DNA of 64,000 nucleotides from Dudresnaya verticillata (taxonomy: Eukaryota): NCBI GenBank assembly GCA_977862235.1, contig OZ374560.1, positions 2,294,001 to 2,358,000 on the forward strand. The letters run 5' to 3'. The notes beneath the pieces were generated by a model. It saw nothing but the letters and a program-made list of their open reading frames with translations. It made no database searches and had not been told where the DNA came from. Below, one piece after another: positions 11,937 through 23,554 of the stretch. The translations under genes and the position numbers were made by a program. Within the stretch, counting starts at the first letter, position 1. Each line of letters starts with the position of its first letter.

Positions 11937-12412
11937 TTATGTCCCCTCGCTTTCTTTCGCTGACCAGAACTCACTAGTGTACGGTTCTCGTAAACAAGTT
12001 TGCGAAGGTTTGGGTCAAAATGATGGCAGGGGGGACCCCAGTAGCCATTTTGAGATGGTAGCACAGTGGCTACCAAGTCCGCGACGAGCGCGTTTTCCGC
12101 ATATAGCGGGGGCCAGTCGGTGTAACCCTCTGAGTCACTACTGCAGAACGATAGCGGTCCTGGCTTTGTAATTTGGCCCACTACTGCAACGTGTCAGCAC
12201 CCTGCCTAAACTTGTCAGAAGCCCATTAGTTGTCGGAGAGATCCTAGACATCACCTTCTCTGTCCGCAAATAGAAATATCTGATTTTGTACATCTTCCAA
12301 TACAAAACTGACAGCTGCACCAATTGAAATGCTTAGAGCCTGTGTCCAAACTTGCAGATGCCATCGCTAGATTCTTCGCAATAAAACCATTTCCACGTGC
12401 CTCGAAACACAC
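11937..12412 (-). mobile_element. Miniature derivative of the 39467-43620 element
   Basis: Shares both termini (ttatgtcccc... and ...cacgtgcctcgaaacacac). The empty site at ~120-130 shows no TSD. Confidence 0.7.
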
Positions 12413-13471
12413 CAAACGCGAACAAATGCATAATGTGGACACAGTTTCTGACCCCTCGGGCAACGCTGCCCTGCGGCTAGCTGCCAGTACTCGTACGTCC
12501 CTTCCCACCTTTTCGTAAAATACATTCTTCGCAAGCTCGAGATGCCACTGCTTCATCGCATCCAAAACGTGCGAACACGGTCAGTGGCCGCGGCTGGGAA
12601 GGGAATGGCCTGTTTGCTTCTGGACATAGCTGGGGTTAAACACGGTCATATCGTCAAGGCAAGGAACGCGAGGGATCGCGTGTATGAAACATAAGGCAGC
12701 TGCTATCTACATGCCTTGGGGCATATGGGCGGATCCTTCTGGACACAGTATTGAGCTGTAATGGCGAAAGCTGGGCCCTATGGTGCGGTGCTACAGAACA
12801 TATCTGTGTCTACAACGTATGAAGTGAGTAAAACACCGCTCTCTGCAAACGTTGTAAAGATCCAATCGAATAAACTGCAGAATAAAATATCTTTTGCGTG
12901 AGAAGTACAGCACTGTAGAACTCTTTCGGTTTTGATGGGCGTACGCTTCTCGACCGTCGAGTTAGAAATGCCACCACTTAAGCCTCCTCAAGGAGCTTCT
13001 TGTAAATCTTCCGAACAAAGGGATACTCTCTTGATCTCCTGGAACTGAGTCGCTACATTATTCCCGCAGTCGTAGATTGTCAGCAGATTGGAACGAGTTA
13101 GTACAGTACTACTTTTGTTGCGGCAAAGTCACAAGTGTTCGAGAGATTTCTCCGTGTCGTGCTTGCTGCAGCACGTCGCTCTGCTGCTTGGGCCCTGTTC
13201 GCTGTTCGGCATATCCATTTGCGAGAGCGGCTCGGGAACACCTTATTTTGCATCTTCGTGCAGATGGTATGCTATGTCTTCTTTTTATGTGGCCACCGAG
13301 TGATGCTCTCAGAAATATCTCTCACCTGTATTGCAAGGGTAAAGTATTGCAGCCATCGTGATTCTTTGTATGGTTGTAAGCAGTGCTCCAAACAGGTTAT
13401 CGAAGCCCGCAGCACGGCTCCGCATACATTGCAATGCGTTGGTACCAAGTTGGTAAAGTGGAAAAACTCTA

Positions 13472-14057
13472 TTATGTCCCCTCGCTTTCTTCCGCTGGCC
13501 AGAACGCACTAGCGTGCGGTTTAGGATAGAACTCGTAAACAAGTTTACGAAGGTTGAGGCCAAGCGATGGCAAGGTCGATGGCCGTAGCCATTTTGAGAT
13601 GGTTGCACAGTGGCTTCCAAGTCCGTGACGAGCGCGTTTTACGCATAGTAGCGGAGGCCAGCCGGTATAACCCACTGAGTCACTAGAACAAATAGAACTA
13701 AAGTTATAACATAACTTGAAGGTAATAGATGAATAGCGTTGGGCGGTCTGGGAATAAAAAGCAGGGCAACAGTCTGACGCGACTGAGTTGGCAAGAACTG
13801 GGAGAGTGTAGGCCGGCACGAGCGACTTAAGCGTCCCAAGAGCCAAGTGCCTGGCTTGGTGATGGTTCAGGTCGGGCCTGGAGTGGCCCCGCCCCGAAAC
13901 ATTTTCGAACCGTTGTCGAAAAGTTTCCAAAACTTCGTGCATGGTACTCGCTGTCTCCAATCCGGATTGGAGCCTTGATCCACTTCCAGCCACGCCTTTT
14001 TCGTCCAACTCATCCCGCTATCGACACAAACCCATTTCCACGTGCCTCGAAACACAC
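13472..14057 (-). mobile_element. Second miniature derivative of the 39467-43620 element
   Basis: 13472-13660 matches the reverse complement of 43435-43620, and 13790-14057 matches the reverse complement of 39467-39800. Absent from the paralogous site at ~22695. Confidence 0.72.
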
Positions 14058-14872
14058 TTCTCTAGTTGAACGCTCATAACCATCACTCGTGCTTAACGAT
14101 ATTATTGCCACAGTTCTGCTACAGATAGTCGAGTCATTAACGGCGTCTCTGCTGCACAGTAACAAAAAAGCTGTGCGGACTTAAAAGATCTCTCTTTGAA
14201 GATGGATTTGAGGACGCTGCGTCTACCATAGAACGGAAGTTGCCTCTTCGCATGAATATACTTCTTCTGGGTAATACTGAAAGTCTGGTATTCTTTTGTT
14301 CACCGGAAAGCATTCGGGAGTCATATTCAGCAGGATTCGGAGAATGAATCCCTGTAGCTACGCCCTAATTGCTGTCAAGCACCGAGGATGGTGTTTATCT
14401 ACGACATCTCTTCATTAACCTTACGGCTTTATGTATGAGGATGATGTTTATCGATCTAGCTTAGCTACTGTAGCTTCAGCAATCCTGAAAGACTTTGTAT
14501 TCTATAACTTGACAAGGTAGGAACAGGAGCTGTGTCGCTGTATGGTACAGTATGTACCCATATCAGCACCTGAAATAACAATAAACAATACGACGTCAAC
14601 ATAGTTGCTCATGTACCTCATCTGTTTCCATACTTGTGAAGATCCTCTACAACATAAGATTTGGTTTGCTCTTTGCGATTGATTTATCTCAGACAAAGAG
14701 GTACTCTTGGAAAAACAGACTGTACTGCTAACAGATAAGGGGAGCATTTGCCAACATGTATAAGCTGCTGGTATGGCATCCCTACCTTGAGAATTAACAT
14801 ACGAGGATGGACCTTTTGAAAACCGCAGCTGCGTGTCATGCTAGTCCAGCCATGCAGATTCTTCCACTCCTC

Positions 14873-15103
14873 TTAATACAGGGGAATGCAGAAGGCATGC
14901 TTCTGGTCACAGAACGAATATCCGGACATCTGCTTGTTGCAGTCGCTATCCGTCTGACACGGGAACAGCTCCTTCATGAATCTCACCATGTTCTCCAGAG
15001 TGACCGGCGGGCGAGCCTCGACGGCCTTCTTCTCAGCACCGTTCACGGCACCGGAGACGAGGAGAACCACGCACAGCATGGCGAACATCTTGGATAGAGC
15101 CAT
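14873..15103 (-). CDS. Small secreted Cys-rich peptide, copy 4 (subtype B N-part, subtype A-like C-part, 76 aa)
   Basis: ATG at 15103 assigned by paralogy; intact ORF; TATAAAA at ~15214-15220. Confidence 0.9.
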   Translation of the reverse strand: MALSKMFAMLCVVLLVSGAVNGAEKKAVEARPPVTLENMVRFMKELFPCQTDSDCNKQMSGYSFCDQKHAFCIPLY

Positions 15104-17139
15104 TTTTTGGGAGCGTAGGATAAGGGCGTGAAGACGACTGTTGAGGAGCTTTGTTGAACACGGGAAGTTGTTCTGTGGCGGAAGATCTGGGGTAGGTCTC
15201 ACCCGGCCCTATGTTTTATAGTCCAACTTGGCGCCGATCTCCATCAGCATCCCATCACCATTGATCTTCTCGTCGATAACAGTTGAGCGCAATGAGTGCA
15301 TGCGATTGTGGGTACTCGACATGTCGCCAGATACACAGTGCTGTGGTATTGATGCAGTTGCTGCTTTTTGTATAATCGGGTAGCGTGGAAGCAACGACAG
15401 GTGCACGTAGTAGTGCTACATAGTGTGACTTGCGTAGTGCTTTTTCTATAGGCCACTGCTTGGCTACAAACCCTGTCGGACGAAATAATATAGTCACTGG
15501 TACAGGAGATTAAAGGGATGCTCTCTGGTACAGGCCCAGTCTTTATTTCGTTCTTCCGGAAAAAAGTTGCAGCAGTTTGGATGTTTGGAGCCTAGAGCCT
15601 AAAAGTTGGACACAACTTGAACTGCTACGTAAAGCACTAAACTTTATGTCGCGTGCTCGCGAACCAATCCGGACGCCCCATTTTCCTCTCTACTCGCCTT
15701 GTCAACTTCATCCTGCAAATCATTGCTGTTAACGTTAACCGTCACCGTAGTCCTTCGCTGGTTCCGTTGGACCTGCTGGTTATGCTATTAATAAAGAGAA
15801 GATTTCCCCGTTTTCCGGGTACGTAAATTGCCTTCTTCGCATGCTCGAGATGCCAATGCTGCCTGTATGATTGGCTGAGGTCATACGGGATGGGTCCTGG
15901 GACAGAGTACTTGTATATGACTTTTCAATCGTGCGTTGGAAGGGTATGGTACTACAGAACAACTCTACGTTTAAAAGGATTGAAGGGAATAATAGAACAC
16001 CACTTTCTGCAAATATGTTAAAGATTCAATCAAATGAACTATTATTGAATGAAGCGTGCGCCATTGCACAAGTTTGCTTGCAATGCCCATGCACTGAATC
16101 ACACGCAATATTCCCGCAGTTGAAGATTGAAAGAGTTGCGCCAGCGCAAAGTCACGAGATTCGCTTCTCCGTGTCGCGCTTGTTACAGGAGGTCGCTCTG
16201 CTATGCTTGGACCTTTAGCGCTGCTCGTAATATTCTTGCAGATGGTATATAATACTTTATGTAAGCACCGCTCGCTACTCTCAGCAATTTGTCCCCAGGT
16301 TTGAAGGGATAAAGATTTCGGGCAATCCTGGTTCTGTGGGTGGTTGTAAGCAGAAGTCCAAAGAGCTTGTCGAATGCCGCAAGAAGTGATACCTTGCAAA
16401 GTGCTGGTACCTTGTAGGACACAAGAGAAGAATCTTTATTGAAGACTGCAGACTAACCCTAAGGATACCATTTCGACACCAAGTTGCATCTGTGGCTATG
16501 CACTGCCAGTGATGCTAAACGTTTTCCAACAGAATCTCGCGAGCACGGATCTGCTTGAGAGACTTGCTACTCCGCAGACGGGTAGTGGAAGTATCGATAA
16601 AGTACAATTGTGGAAGCGAATTTGGAAAGAACAAGAGCCACAGAAGAGCTCTCCGCTATTTATCGTTCATACCGTTGCAACCTCGATCCGCGGTTTCCGA
16701 TATTCGGATAAATGAATCGCGTGCCGTCGATCAGGGCCGAAAAGCTCCCTTTTCTCTTACATATTTCTGCTGCAACGATATACTCTTTTGATCCTTTTTG
16801 CCTTCTAGTGTTTCTCTTCTCTTTCCCGGGCAGTGACACTCTCCAGTGAATAATCGATTGTGATAGCTTGTAATTTGATAGCGAAGCTCTAGCGACTGCA
16901 TCTGCAACTGCAACTACAACACAAGCTCCAAATTCATACTAAGTATTGCAATTGGGACATCTGGAGGTGGCATATTGGACGGTATCGTTCGAAGCGGCGC
17001 TTTCTGTTTTGTAGTTCTTCCGTGTCTTCCTCGAGTATGTAGGTAGCCTCTAGTAACCTCTTCTTTGAAGGTCTGCATCCTCTATTTCTACGAATAGATA
17101 TTGACACGTTTTAGAAGTGGGTCCAATTGAGAAAGACAG

Positions 17140-18077
17140 CACCACCTAAGGTACGGCACGTACTCGTGCCAGCCACGCATCGTTTGCGTCCTAAGTCGTC
17201 ACAACTCCGCATTGCTAGCCGCGAAATCGAGTTCATCCATAGCACCCGGCATCTCTGGCGTGGAGCTCACCAGTCGTGGCATTCCTTCCCAAGCTCTGAT
17301 CAACCGAGCAAAGACCGCGAAGCCAGTTGTCACCATCTCACTCCTAGAATGCACCCCGAGCAGCATGGTTCATTTACGAAACTTTTGTCGGTCCCATTGT
17401 CGAGTACGCCTGGTGCTGACCCCTCTCGCGCCAGAACTCGAATCAATGTCGGACACTGTGCAGCCTACATTTTTCCGCACTGCTATCGGGCAACGAACAC
17501 CGTAATACATGCCTCCTAGTAGGCTCTACAAACTGCGAGTCCTCCTTCAAATCCCTAACCTCTCGCATCGACGTCAGCAGCTCAGGCATGCCGTAGCCTA
17601 CCACATCCGGCAACTCTCCCGTAGCAGCGATTGCAAAGTGTCTCGGGCAGCCGGATCGGCGCTCGCCGAAGGCAATGTACAAAGTTTTGGCGATAACTGG
17701 CTTGCGGGGAGCAATCCTCTTCCCACAATCACCGTTCCAACTTCGTAATGCTCTGATTACAGCCTGGCACCTCGCGCCTGCCGCCGTACGCCCTGCCCCT
17801 GTGGTCGCCCGGGCCTACTTCGCACCTGCTATGGAACTGCCGTGCCCCGTCCATCGTATGCTGACAGTAGACTGGCATTTAGGGACGTTCCCTATCCCTC
17901 CCTCTACTCCAATCACTGCGCGCCGCATTCGGCTCCTACGACCCATTTTGAAGCTTCTAGCCCACCCAAACCCACCTCCCTCCATATTGACACGTATTGC
18001 ACAAGCCATCGGTCAGATCCGCCGTACTGGCGTCCTTTGCTCTACACCCTCTGCTCCTCCCTATCCACCTCATTAGC
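17140..18077 (+). mobile_element. Degenerate LINE 3' fragment (duplicate of 7385-8262)
   Basis: Sequence match to 7385-8262; contains PCPVHRMLTVDWHLGTFP. Confidence 0.6.
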
Positions 18078-18439
18078 ATCAGTAGTTACGCGATGTGTTT
18101 GCCAATAGGCGTTTGACGCCAAGGCGAATGCACTCTAAATCGTGCTGAGCAAGGTTTATCATCACCTCAGGTGCGGATTCTCACTCTCGCTTTTTTAAAA
18201 CTTGACCAACTGGGGCAAAGGGAGAGACGGTCATGTCCCTACCGAAGTTCTTGTTCCAATGCTTCGCTGCTTGTAGGATGTCATTGCATTAGCTCAAGGT
18301 CTGCATTCAGTGCTGAGCATTACTCGCATCCACCGCAAAGCCTCGCAAAATCTCTGCCCTCAAAGGATTCCCCGCATGCGTGCGTCAGTATGTCGAAACC
18401 TCGTTCGGAGTGGAGGATACGCATTGTGATGGTAAACTT

Positions 18440-18920
18440 TTATTGGTTGTTTTAGGTGGTCCCGCTCGGGGCGACTTAAAGGCCCATGTGCAGGCACACC
18501 AGGGTCAGCTCCAGTGGTAGAGGGCTGTCACTGTAGTGTACACGGGGAAGGGGAAAACAACAGCGGTGGTGTGTCTATGATTGAGAGGATGACAGCGTGT
18601 TCAGAGAGGGAAACTCTGAAGAGCACAGAGTGTGGATGGCGGCGATCGTACTGGCAATGGTGTGTAGATCATCGGGGGTGGCGTCTGGTTTGGAGAGCAG
18701 ATGGAGGGCTTGAGTGTGGGTTCGAAGGGTTGCAGTTTTGGTAGGGCAGGAAGGGGGGATGGGGATGGTGCCAAATGCCAGCGGATGGCCAGCAGTCTGT
18801 CGCGGTAGCCGGCGAGTTGTGCGATATATCCACGGCATTATACCCTGTTGCTACTGCGTTATTGCAGTAGGTATCCACTATCCAAACGCTTTAGCTACAG
18901 TATAGGTTGTGCACACCCGC
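18440..18920 (-). mobile_element. LINE-related 3' fragment
   Basis: Minus strand encodes RDRLLAIRWHLAP, matching the motif at ~52430 and ~17850. Boundaries approximate. Confidence 0.45.
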
Positions 18921-20885
18921 CGTGGTTTTGAGCTTCAAGCTCTCACTGTATATTTGTGGCCTTTATGGCCCAACCGCTTCAAGCTCGCATTATGAACAAC
19001 ATTAACAGGAACCGTCAAAGTGCCAGGGAACGGTTCATTCTTTATTGTTTTCTGTTCTGCTCTTCAAGAACTGTGGCAACAGAACAGTCACTGTGCCGTG
19101 AAACGGTTCATCCTTTATTATCTACCGTTAATAATCTTTAAGCAGAAGTAGATGCATAGGTTTAAGCTCATCTCTCTAGTAACACAGTGGAGCTCGAACT
19201 CCATACGTAGGACAACATTATATCATCATGTCTGAATCGCGGCATCACATGATCAACCAACTCAACAATTGACACACTACGAACTTTTACATCTTTCCCT
19301 CCGCACCTTTTCCATATCATTTACCTTGTTCCTCCCTTTCCTTTTTAACTCACACCTGCGAGTTCTGCCAATTCGTACTCTTGGAACTGCTAATTTGGAC
19401 CTCAGCTTGTTGTTTTCTTCTTCAGATCCTGACCCTATACGTTATTAGTTGCTGTCTTCGTAGCGATGTATCTACATGGTAGCATATCCTCCCAGATGCT
19501 TTAGATATTGAATGCGCACCCACATCTCTTGCAACGATTAACGGCAGATACCTAGACCCTGATATAGCTCCCGAAAGCACCCCCTTGAAGGTTGCTCGTG
19601 TTTCTGATACAGTTACTTTCTTTCCTTTCCAATTTTTGCCCGTCATAATCCCCTTTCTGTATTGAGAATGCCACGAAGATAGGCTCACTGTCTACAATGA
19701 CTGTCCTTTGTATATTAGCGAGCTTGTTCTATTATGAATAGATGATGTCGCCTCACAGATATCTCTAGGGTTCCTAATGTAGCTAAGAAGTTTTTCGTAG
19801 TCGAGCAGACGTACAGACTGCCTAAGAATGTCGTGTTATGTCTCTCCGCTCTCTCCCAGGAGGCCAGAACAGTGCAAAAATGCACTACCGCATTTAAACA
19901 GAACTCGGCATAAACGAAGGTTTGGCAAATAGCCAGCCTCGTTGAGAGGATGGGACGGTCCGCACGTACCATGGAGATGCACATGCACGACCACAGCCCC
20001 TTTTGAGCAGATTCTCTACCACTGCCACAAGGTGACTACCGTAGATAAGGAACTAAATCGCGTAATACGGTTCTAAAGAACACTGGATAAATGTAGAGAA
20101 CGCCCGTTTCTCACACAGGTACGGGAGAGCGGGAAACGAAAACGCCGAGAGGTCTAGCGATCTAGCCATGGATACAGCCCTGTACCTAGACCTAGGTATC
20201 TGCCGTCAATCGTTGCAAGAGATTTGGGTATGCGTTCAATTTCTAAATCATCTGGGAGGATACGCTATCATGTAGATGCATCGCTACGAAGACTGCAGCT
20301 AATAACATATAGGGTCAGGATCTGAAGAAGACCACAACAAGCTGAGGTCCAAATTAGCAGTTCCAAGAGTACAAATTGCCAGAACGGTCTAGCGACAGAT
20401 GGAACTTGGTGTCGGAATGGTATCTTTGTAGTTCCATGCATAATCGATGAGCATGCAAAACAACAGGGAGAGGAACCTACTGATGCAGGCAAAACGACAG
20501 CTTGTTGCAGACGAAGGGCATAGATGGCAATCAATATGTCGTGGAATTCTTGCCGACCGGGGTCTTGTGAGGATAGACGGTGGAGAAGGTGAGCAGCTGC
20601 GACAAAGACGGAACCCGAAGATGGGGAAAGCGGAGGGATGGGAAAAGTGCCGAGGCTCCAGAGAATCGCGAGCTGACGATCTCTATGGTCAGAGAGGTGA
20701 TGGTAAACGAGGTGGAGTGCCGGAACGAAGCAAGGAGAATTATTGGTAGATGCGGGACAGCATCCAAAGTGAAGTGGAGAACGCCTAAAAGGTAAAAGCT
20801 GGGCCCTATGCTGCCGTTCTGCAGAACATATCTGCGTCTACAACGTATGAAGTGAATAAACCATCGCTCTCTGCAAATGTTGTAA

Positions 20886-21156
20886 TGCCGTACTTTCTTT
20901 CTTTCGTGCCCACGCGCCGGGGGACAAATCCTACCACAAATCCTACCACTGAATACCATTCGTTAGCTTTGCCACTGGTTTCCTGTATGCATAAAGGTCT
21001 CCATCGAAATTTCTGGTTTCCCACATTCTCCAGCTCACCGCCCTCGCAGTGAATCGTAGACGTCCAGTTTGTCCAGGCCTTCCAATATTCATCAGCGGCT
21101 AAGTTATTAGGGATTTCCGCAGTTCGTCTTGCTTCAACACAGTTGTGATGGTGACG
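20886..21156. mobile_element. 271-bp insertion with tgtaa TSD
   Basis: tgtaa at 20881-20885 and 21157-21161; empty site at ~12853. Confidence 0.55.
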
Positions 21157-21198
21157 TGTAAAGATCCACTCGAATAAACTGCAGAATAAAACATATTT

Positions 21199-21599
21199 TG
21201 TGGTAACTCGGGGCGCTCAGCGTTGCGAAGGGAAAGCGTACAACTGGGAAAGGAAGCGGACGCGAGCAGGCAAGAGCGAATCGGTTTGCGACGTACCTTG
21301 GGCGATCCACTCCACTCCACGTGGGGTCTGCTCCGAAGGGCTCTGGCCTTTATGGCACTACTCTCTATCGAGAAAATCTGCTCCTACTATCTTCCAGCCA
21401 GGGAACAGCTTATAGCCGAGCTGTCGGTGCGACAGCGAACTTGACAGTCATCTTGAGACGTTCTTTTCCCTGACAACAGAAAGTTCCAGGCCGCGAACCA
21501 ACACACGTGTGCCATCGCGTGAGTGCCCACGCCTTGCCGAGCCGCAAGGCCGCGGTCGCTTCCAATGCGCTGCTCGCGAGCACAGAGCTCCGCGTCACA
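21199..21599. mobile_element. Solo-LTR-like insertion
   Basis: TGTG...CACA ends with an imperfect T-rich TSD; absent at the paralogous site ~12890. Confidence 0.55.
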
Positions 21600-21984
21600 C
21601 TTTTGCGTGCAGTTTTGATGGGCGTAGGCTTCTCAGCCGTCGAAATGCTACCTCTTAAAGTTAGAAATGCTACATCTTAAACCTCTTTTGAGGGGCTTCT
21701 TGTGAATATTCCGAATAAACGGATACCCTCTTGATCTGATCTCGCACTGAGTCGCTATCAAGTCGCTGCATTATTCCCGCAGTCGTAGATTGTCAGCAGA
21801 TTAGAACAAATTACACATACTTTTGTTGCGGCAAAGTCAAGAGTGTTCGAGAGACTTCTCCGTGTTGCGCTAGCTGCAGCACGTCGCTTTGCTGCTTGGG
21901 ACCTGTTCGCTGTTCAGCATATCCGTTTGCGAAAGCGGCTCGGGAAAACCTTATTTTGCATCTTCGTGCAGATGGTATGCTATA

Positions 21985-22323
21985 TGTTAGAAAGTAGGAT
22001 GAATCGTGAATTGATGTTGGCTACGAGACACTGCTAATGATGTTGGACAAGGAAATCGAGCTGGAAATGAATTAACTCATGACATGAAGGACGACAAATG
22101 AAATATACGACGCTTTACCGTCGAGCTAGTATTTAGTAATTGCATTTAGAGGAAGGGTTGCATTTGAAACAACAACGTAGATTGGAAGAACACCAGCGAA
22201 TTGAGGACATAAATAGAGCGGAAGCTGGGAGCTCTAGTAAAAAAAGGGCATCTGAACTGAAGAACAGACCGATCCGCGAGCCAACTCGCGAGAAGCAGTA
22301 CAACGCAGAAAACCGGTATTACA
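21985..22323. mobile_element. Solo-LTR-like insertion
   Basis: TGTTA...TTACA ends flanked by tata on both sides; empty site at ~13272. Confidence 0.6.
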
Positions 22324-23270
22324 TATATCTTCTTTTTATGTGGCCACCGTGTGATGCTCTCAGAAATATCTCTCATCTGTATTGCAAGTGTAGACTCGCT
22401 GCGGTCACAACTCAAAATGAATGTTTCAGATAAAACTCAGACGATGGCCCCCCTCTCTCCGTGGGCGGTCGACTCGGGTACTTTATGTACCCGAAAAACT
22501 AGCTGCGGGAGTCTGCTAGGCTATTCTATGTATATCGCTAGCTGCACGATACTTATATTACGATACAGCTGTCCGAGAGCAATAGATATTGTGAGTCTTT
22601 GTATGGTTGTAAGCAGTGGTCCGAACAGCTTATCGAAACCCGCAGCACGGCACCGCATATTGTTCCGCGCTGGTACCAAGTTGATAAAGTGCAAGCGTTT
22701 TCTCTGTTTGAACGCTCATGACGAATAATCGTGTTTAACGATATAATTGCTACAGATAGACGAGTCATAAGAAGCGCCTCTACTGCACAGCAGTATAAAG
22801 CGGACCTCAAAAAGATCTTTTTTTGAGGATGGATTTGAGGACGCTGGGCACTGGGTCTACCACAGGGCCAGCTCTAGATACTTAGCGCGTTTGCCACTAG
22901 GCCGTTGAAACCGAGGCATGTGGACTCTAAACTTTTTTGATTAAACTTTAACATCACCACAGAACAGAAGTTGGCTCTTCGCATGAACATACTTCTTCTT
23001 GGTAATACTGACAGTCTGATATTCTGTTGTTCACTGGAAAGCATTCGAGGGTCACATTCAGCAGGATTCCGAGAATTAATTCGAGTAGCTACGCGCTAAT
23101 TGCAGCCTCAAGCCTCGAGGATGGTGTTTATCAATAGTATCTCTTCATCATCTTTATGGCTTGATACTTGCGGATGATGTTTGTTGACCTAGCTAGCTTT
23201 AGCGAGCCTGAAAGACTTTATATTGTATAAATTTACCTCACAGGAACAGGAGTTTGTTGTTGTATACGTG

Positions 23271-23452
23271 AGATGGAGACCTTTACGCATAGGAAAGACT
23301 ACAGCCCCGTAAGGGAGCTTACCTAAAACTCATCTGAAAGGCGACGGTCGAAGAATAAACGGCGGTTAATAACCACCGCGAAAGATTGAAGTACAAGAGA
23401 GGTGAGGTGGGTGAGAAGAGATAGTTTTTCGGATATCGGCGAAGTAACCTTC
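23271..23452 (-). mobile_element. Very short 5'-truncated copy of the RLE-LINE at 3102-3761
   Basis: Matches 3100-3281; flanked by an atacgtg direct repeat (23264-23270, 23453-23459). Confidence 0.75.
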
Positions 23453-23554
23453 ATACGTGTATTCCCTTTTTTCATCAGAAGTCTACAAGCTCCTTATGGG
23501 ACTTAGCAAGGACTGGGCTCTAGGCGACGGTCTACCGGCTTACGCCGGATAGCA

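Larger units (their letters stand above)
10480..12550. repeat. Inverted segmental duplication of 1-1200
   Basis: Reverse-complement matches to 1-1200 including peptide copy 1, interrupted by two insertions. Confidence 0.85.
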
